Shown here: one piece after another, positions 27,498 through 32,000 of the stretch | How the letters are laid out: each line of letters opens with the position of its first letter | Numbering within the stretch: position 1 is the first letter of the stretch | Assembly (NCBI RefSeq): GCF_000341395.1 | Contig: NC_020304.1 | Location: 1,770,001 to 1,802,000 of the forward strand | Length of the DNA: 32,000 nt | Direction: 5' to 3' | Origin: Desulfocapsa sulfexigens DSM 10523 | GTDB lineage: Bacteria; Desulfobacterota; Desulfobulbia; Desulfobulbales; Desulfocapsaceae | The notes under the pieces: generated by a model | What the model was told of the DNA's origin: nothing | Databases searched by the model: none | Seen by the model: only the letters and a program-made list of their open reading frames with translations | Translations under genes and position numbers: made by a program

Positions 27498-28649
27498 TCA
27501 AGGGATACGGAGTTCAGTGAATGGTGTAGTGGAATCCTGGTGAACACTCTCAAGGAGATCCGCCGGTGATTGCTCAAAGTCATGTGACATTGTATCCGGG
27601 CCAAGGACTTCCTCGTTAAAAGTAGAAATCATATTCTCATGTGTCCAGCGGGTGAGATAGTAGACAACTAGTTCGGGAAGTTTTGTGTAAATGGTTTCCG
27701 TTGGGAATGGGTCAACAAAACTTGAGTCTTGAAGCTTTTGGGCGGACAATGTTTGCGTCTTGTAGAAACTTTCAAGAAACATGAGCTCCGGGGGCAGGCC
27801 GCCATTAATGCCGATGCGTGACAGGCCCTTAAGGAGAAACTCCAGCATTTTTTTGCCAAATTTAGCCATGGAGTAGGGCACATAAATCTCTCTTGGACTT
27901 TTGAGTTCAAGAAATGAGCGAATGGTGAGGATAAGATCGGCAAGTTCCACTGGATGTTTGTCAACAAAGTGATAGGTCTGGCCACTGAATTCCTTACGAT
28001 TTATCAGAATATGATGGATAAAATAGGGAAACTTGTTGGCATTGGAATAGGAATGCATGATTTTCTTTTTTGTGAACATGACAGGCATGGACTCATCGGC
28101 TATGGAAAAAAAGAGGCGATGGAATCCCTGGGTTTTATGGTCGTGTTCTCCGTACACAATAGCTAAGCGAACGCAGGTGTAATCAAGGCCTACGGTGTTG
28201 TACATATGCCGAAGCGTTTCTTCGGCCATGAGTTTTGACTTCGCATAATTATTAAGCTTCGGGTCAATGGTTAGTGAATCAGTTTCTGTGAGGTTTTCAC
28301 CATTTGGCAAGGTGGCGGCTGAACTGATATGAATATAGGGGATCTTAAGGGCTGCTGCAGCTCGGGCAAGATTCAGGGCGCCTATATAATTGACTTCAAG
28401 TGCCAGTTGGGAATCTGCACCTATATTGGCTATGGCTGTGTTGATTACAAAATCGGGTTTCACACGTTTTAGATAATCCTTGATATCGACGGAATTTCTA
28501 ATGGAGAGTTTTTTACTGCTTGGTGCGCGCAACTCTATGGTGTCTGGGGTTCTGGTTTTAAAGTAATGGGCCAGAGTACCACCAATAAGTCCAGATCCGC
28601 CAATGAGGACGCCTAGAAGTTTTTTGTGTGAGGGGTTGTCCTGTGTCAC
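27498..28649 (-). CDS. NAD(P)-dependent epimerase/dehydratase (SDR) family protein
   Basis: 383 aa, GTG start; GVLIGGSGLIGGTLAHYF nucleotide-binding loop, YAKSKLMAEETLR catalytic YxxxK. Confidence 0.88.
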   Translation of the reverse strand: MTQDNPSHKKLLGVLIGGSGLIGGTLAHYFKTRTPDTIELRAPSSKKLSIRNSVDIKDYLKRVKPDFVINTAIANIGADSQLALEVNYIGALNLARAAAALKIPYIHISSAATLPNGENLTETDSLTIDPKLNNYAKSKLMAEETLRHMYNTVGLDYTCVRLAIVYGEHDHKTQGFHRLFFSIADESMPVMFTKKKIMHSYSNANKFPYFIHHILINRKEFSGQTYHFVDKHPVELADLILTIRSFLELKSPREIYVPYSMAKFGKKMLEFLLKGLSRIGINGGLPPELMFLESFYKTQTLSAQKLQDSSFVDPFPTETIYTKLPELVVYYLTRWTHENMISTFNEEVLGPDTMSHDFEQSPADLLESVHQDSTTPFTELRIP

Positions 28650-28660
28650 TGTGAAAATAT

Positions 28661-28720
28661 GTTTACCCCTTAAGGAGGTACTAAACTGAGTACCGGTTTA
28701 CTTGCCATTTACCGGTGTTT
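28661..28720. promoter_or_regulatory. Copy B of the duplicated intergenic element with two ACCGGT sites
   Basis: gtttaccccttaaggaggtactaaactgagtACCGGTttacttgccatttACCGGTgttt, ACCGGT at 28692 and 28711. Confidence 0.5.
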
Positions 28721-29145
28721 GAATTTGTGCAAGGTACGATCTTTCATTTCCTGATGCATTGGTTTTACGTATTACCACGAATTTTTTGAAAGGTCATCTT
28801 TTTGCTACTGGTTCGAATGAAAAAAAGTTATATTATTTTGTGAAGTTGCCAGAATAAAAGGGGAAAACAGAGTGGAAAACCTTCTTTTTTTTCTTGATTA
28901 TGCCTGGGCTGTCCGATCTCCATACTGACTGCAAAAAATATTTTGTATACTCCCGTTTTAGCTACGATGGCCATTTCTATTACCAGGAGCCTGTCTGTGT
29001 TTTTCTACAAGACCTAAGTGAAATGGTATAGAATTTGATACACTAAAGAGCAGCAAGTGAGGGCATGGCAGGTTTGGGATGTGTTCTGAACTTTGCTGCC
29101 AGATAGTAGGATTTAATGAAAAAAGTGGTTTACTCTTTTATATAA

Positions 29146-29880
29146 ATGGAAAAATTACGAAGGATAACTAAGGCCGGTTTGTGCCTGCTATTTCCGTCCG
29201 CCTGTCCCTGTTGTAATGCGGTGACAGGAGACGATTTGCAGCCGCTTTGCGAGGTATGTTTTGCACAATTGAAATTTATAAAGAGTCCGTACTGCTCCTG
29301 TTGCGGCAGAACATTTTCAAGTGGTGGTGAGAACCATCTCTGTGGTGTATGCTTGACATCATCCTGGGCGTTTGACAGGGCCCGCTGTCTGTTTTTTTAT
29401 GAGAAAATTATTGCAAAATTGATTCATGACCTCAAATACTCAGGAAAAACTCAAGGGATAAGTACCTTTAAGTGGCTCAGCGAACAAAGCAATGTCTTGG
29501 GTGATCTTGATGTCCCGGATTTCATCCTTCCTGTGCCTCTTCACATAAAACGTTTGCGAAAACGTGGATTCAATCAGGCTTTGGTTCTGGCCAAGTTGCT
29601 TTTTCCCAATGAAAAGCGAAAAATCAGGCATAACATTCTTCTTCGCAGAACGGATACCCAAGCCCAGGCAGGTTTAAGTGGTGTTGAACGGCGTGAAAAT
29701 TTAAAAAACGCATTCGTTATTGATAGGGTATCGGAGTTGATCGGGAAAAAGGTTCTTATCCTGGATGATGTTTTTACAACTGGCTCAACAGTTAACGAAT
29801 GTGCAAAAGTACTAAAAGCGGCAGGATGTACCAAGGTCGAAGTGTTGACCATATGTCTTTCAGGAAAAATTTTCTCGTAA
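29146..29880 (+). CDS. comF: ComF family protein (zinc-ribbon-like N-terminus + phosphoribosyltransferase domain)
   Basis: 244 aa; CPCCNAVTG...CEVCF...CSCCGRTF...CGVC, RLRKRGFNQALVLAK, VLILDDVFTTGSTVNECAKVLKAAG. Confidence 0.93.
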   Translation: MEKLRRITKAGLCLLFPSACPCCNAVTGDDLQPLCEVCFAQLKFIKSPYCSCCGRTFSSGGENHLCGVCLTSSWAFDRARCLFFYEKIIAKLIHDLKYSGKTQGISTFKWLSEQSNVLGDLDVPDFILPVPLHIKRLRKRGFNQALVLAKLLFPNEKRKIRHNILLRRTDTQAQAGLSGVERRENLKNAFVIDRVSELIGKKVLILDDVFTTGSTVNECAKVLKAAGCTKVEVLTICLSGKIFS

Positions 29881-30606
29881 TTTCCACAGTGATTCCCTCA
29901 AGTCTGCTATATTTTATCAGGAACTCAGAAAGCTAAAGAATGAACCCTGTCGACGATGTTTGGTTTACCAGTATAGCTGTTGTGGAGTGTGGTTGTTTTC
30001 TGTCATACATCCAGACTGTAAGCTTTTTGTCTACAAAATGTTCACTTTTCAAAGAGGCAGTGAAAAGAACTTAGAAATTCGGGCTGTTTTTTTCAAGGGG
30101 GGATTGATGAAGAAGGGTTGTTTTGGGGAGTTTTTAGGGGAGTTACGTCTATGGTAACGGGGGTGTGTGTTCGTGTGAAGTGTGGTGTATGGAAGGCCAA
30201 AAAAAAATTAAAAAAAGAAAATTCAGGGAAAATCGAGTGTACTCCCTGATATAGCGTGAACCTCTGATGTCGTTGTGTGTTTTGTTGAGATATTTGTCGT
30301 TTTGTTTAGTAATTTTGAATTATTTGGAGTTAAAGAAAAACGGAAATTTGTTGATAACTTGCCCTGATGCTGACTAACGTGTGAAGATAACAGCATATTG
30401 AAGAGGTCAGGCTGTTCGGCCTATGAATAAAGGGTTTGAAAGAGGTGATTTCTGCAATCCCGTCTCTGCTGGGCTGTTTGGGGAGTGGGTGATAATATGT
30501 GGTACTGATGGGAAAATTTGGTAGGATCGCCTTTGACCGAAATCGGGAAGTGGAGTTAATTCCCCCGCATGAGTCGCGGTGCTGAATCACAGACTGTGAC
30601 CATCCT

Positions 30607-30639
30607 AAAAGAGAGGCAGGGTCGTCTGTCTCTTCTTTT
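30607..30639 (+). terminator. Terminator-like hairpin upstream of dnaA
   Basis: AAAAGAGAGGCAG ggtcgt CTGTCTCTTCTTTT, arms complementary with one bulge and one G-T pair. Confidence 0.4.
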
Positions 30640-30750
30640 CAAAGAGATGACTTTCAGTAGTTTAGAAAAAATTATTAAGGCTTGTAAAGCTGGATAATTG
30701 GTGAATTTGGCGTGAATTCGTTGTCAGAAATGATACGCTGAGGATAAGAT

Positions 30751-32000
30751 ATGGCGTGGGAACAGGTACAAAAAGCATTAAAGGACCATCTTGGTGACTC
30801 TATTTACAACCTCTGGATTGACCCTCTGGAGTGTGTTTCTTACCGTGCTGATGAGGTGAGGTTAGCTTGTCCTGATCGCTTCTATCGTGCCCATCTTGAT
30901 CGTAATCATCTGGCAACGGTTCAGCAGATTGTAACTGAACTCTCCGGAAATGACTGTAAAGTTATCCTTTGTGATAAGGAAACCGCGATTCTGCCGGCAG
31001 CGCAACCAAAGGGACAGCTCAGGTTGCCGCATATTCCTGAACGAAAATCCGTTGTGCGCGCTCTACACCCAAGGTATACCTTTGATGCCTTTATGCTCGG
31101 TGAGTCAAACCTTCTTGCTCAGTCTGCATGCAAGTCAATGATTAACGGAGATGATACGGTTGGATCCTGTCTCTATATTAATAGTTCAACCGGTCTTGGC
31201 AAAAGTCATTTAACTCATGCGGTAGCCCATGCTCTCCTGGCCGATTCTCCCCAAACCAGACTGCGTTATGTAACTGCTCAGCAGTTCGCTTCTGAAATGG
31301 TGCGCAGTATTCAGAGCAGAAGTATGGATACGTTTAAATCGGTTTATCACGATCATTGTGATTTTCTGCTCGTGGAAGATATTCACTCTTTACAGGGGAA
31401 AAAGAAAACCCAGGAAGAGATGAACGAATTGCTCGACGCCCTTATCAAGAGTGGTAAACGGGTCATTCTCACAGCAAATAATGCGCCAAGGGATCTTAAG
31501 GGTATTGATAATGAATTTCGTTCCCGCATGGGTGCCGGACTTGTGACAACCATTCAGGCACCTGATCTGGCCACCCGATATCGTATTGTGGAGCATAAGG
31601 CAGTGCAGAGTGGTTTGAATCTGGAAGAGGATGTTATTTCTTATATTAGTCAGCAGATTCAAGGTGATGTGCGACGTATAGAGTCAGCTCTTCTTTCACT
31701 GAGCGCTAAGGCGACTCTTGCTGGTGGGGCTGTTGAAATGGATATGGTGCGTGACGTTGTCGCTGAGATTGTGGGTTTATCGACTAATCTGACAACCACC
31801 CTTATTGGAGAGATTATCAGTCGTGAGTTCAATGTGAGTTATAAGGACCTGCAGTCGCGGTCTCGAAAAAAGGTCATTAGTTTTCCTCGTCAGGTTGCCA
31901 TGTATCTCGGGCGTAAGCATACTGAAGAGTCTCTCGGTGAGATTGGAAAAGTTTTTAACCGAAATCACGCCACTGTCCTTCATGCTGTCAAGGTCGTTTC
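30751..32000 (+). CDS. dnaA: Chromosomal replication initiator protein DnaA, 3' end off the right edge
   Basis: Not in the ORF track (no stop in window). MAWEQVQKALKDHLGDSIYNLWIDPLECVSY..., RYTFDAFMLGESNLLAQSA, STGLGKSHLTHAV, LIGEIISREFNVSYKDLQSRSRKKVISFPRQVAMYLGRKHTEESLGEIGKVFNRNHATVLHAV. Confidence 0.95.
   Translation, partial: MAWEQVQKALKDHLGDSIYNLWIDPLECVSYRADEVRLACPDRFYRAHLDRNHLATVQQIVTELSGNDCKVILCDKETAILPAAQPKGQLRLPHIPERKSVVRALHPRYTFDAFMLGESNLLAQSACKSMINGDDTVGSCLYINSSTGLGKSHLTHAVAHALLADSPQTRLRYVTAQQFASEMVRSIQSRSMDTFKSVYHDHCDFLLVEDIHSLQGKKKTQEEMNELLDALIKSGKRVILTANNAPRDLKGIDNEFRSRMGAGLVTTIQAPDLATRYRIVEHKAVQSGLNLEEDVISYISQQIQGDVRRIESALLSLSAKATLAGGAVEMDMVRDVVAEIVGLSTNLTTTLIGEIISREFNVSYKDLQSRSRKKVISFPRQVAMYLGRKHTEESLGEIGKVFNRNHATVLHAVKVV

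Noticed and set aside
28801-28830. tRNA T-loop-like string GGTTCGAAT
   Set aside because: No surrounding cloverleaf or acceptor complementarity; no tRNA found in the window.
29960-30590. ORFs 29960..30157 (+) and 30330..30590 (-)
   Set aside because: Unlikely compositions, no motif and no convincing RBS; region treated as intergenic.
30400-30640. 4.5S/SRP RNA or 6S RNA
   Set aside because: The string GGTCAGG recalls SRP RNA but the following GGAAGGAGCAGCC-type loop is absent; a 6S identification cannot be made by eye.
29881-30750. Canonical oriC with clustered DnaA boxes
   Set aside because: I looked for TTATCCACA/TGTGGATAA and close variants upstream of dnaA and found only scattered TGTGG/CCACA fragments, so an origin is not supported by sequence alone.
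1-32000. CRISPR array, transposon, integrase or prophage signature, toxin-antitoxin pair
   Set aside because: No regular direct-repeat array and no recognisable transposase, integrase, phage or TA protein in any frame.

Overview
This is an ordinary-looking chromosomal window, probably from a Desulfobulbus/Desulfocapsa-like Desulfobacterota (lineage inferred from gene content and protein style only). I see no CRISPR array, transposase, rRNA or tRNA. Recognisable modules: a minus-strand tetR-prpE-sucC(partial) propionate/succinyl-CoA cluster; a DHH/DHHA2 (PPX1/prune-like) phosphoesterase; a REC-GGDEF-HD-GYP-like regulator overlapping an HDOD gene; an Rrf2 - DUF4492 - cydA - cydB - 30-aa mini-ORF cluster closed by a strong terminator; a large AAA ATPase with a long uncharacterised N-terminal region followed by an Hpt-domain protein; an AI-2E-type permease; a frameshifted EamA transporter; a rhodanese-MBL fusion; mfd-yrfG; bamA; an epimerase; comF; and the 5' part of dnaA at the right edge. 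The most notable items are: (1) the AAA+Hpt pair as the best candidate for an undescribed system (uncertain); (2) an un-called 30-aa CydX/CydS-like ORF; (3) a 15-bp perfect inverted repeat terminator lying inside the called 5' end of the AAA ORF, implying a start-site correction; (4) an in-frame TGA interrupting a small secreted protein; (5) a single-base-type frameshift in an EamA transporter; (6) a paired 55-60 bp element with two ACCGGT sites at identical spacing upstream of mfd and of the epimerase; (7) a metallo-beta-lactamase domain whose HxHxDH motif reads HLQADY. I do not find convincing evidence for a defence or mobile system.
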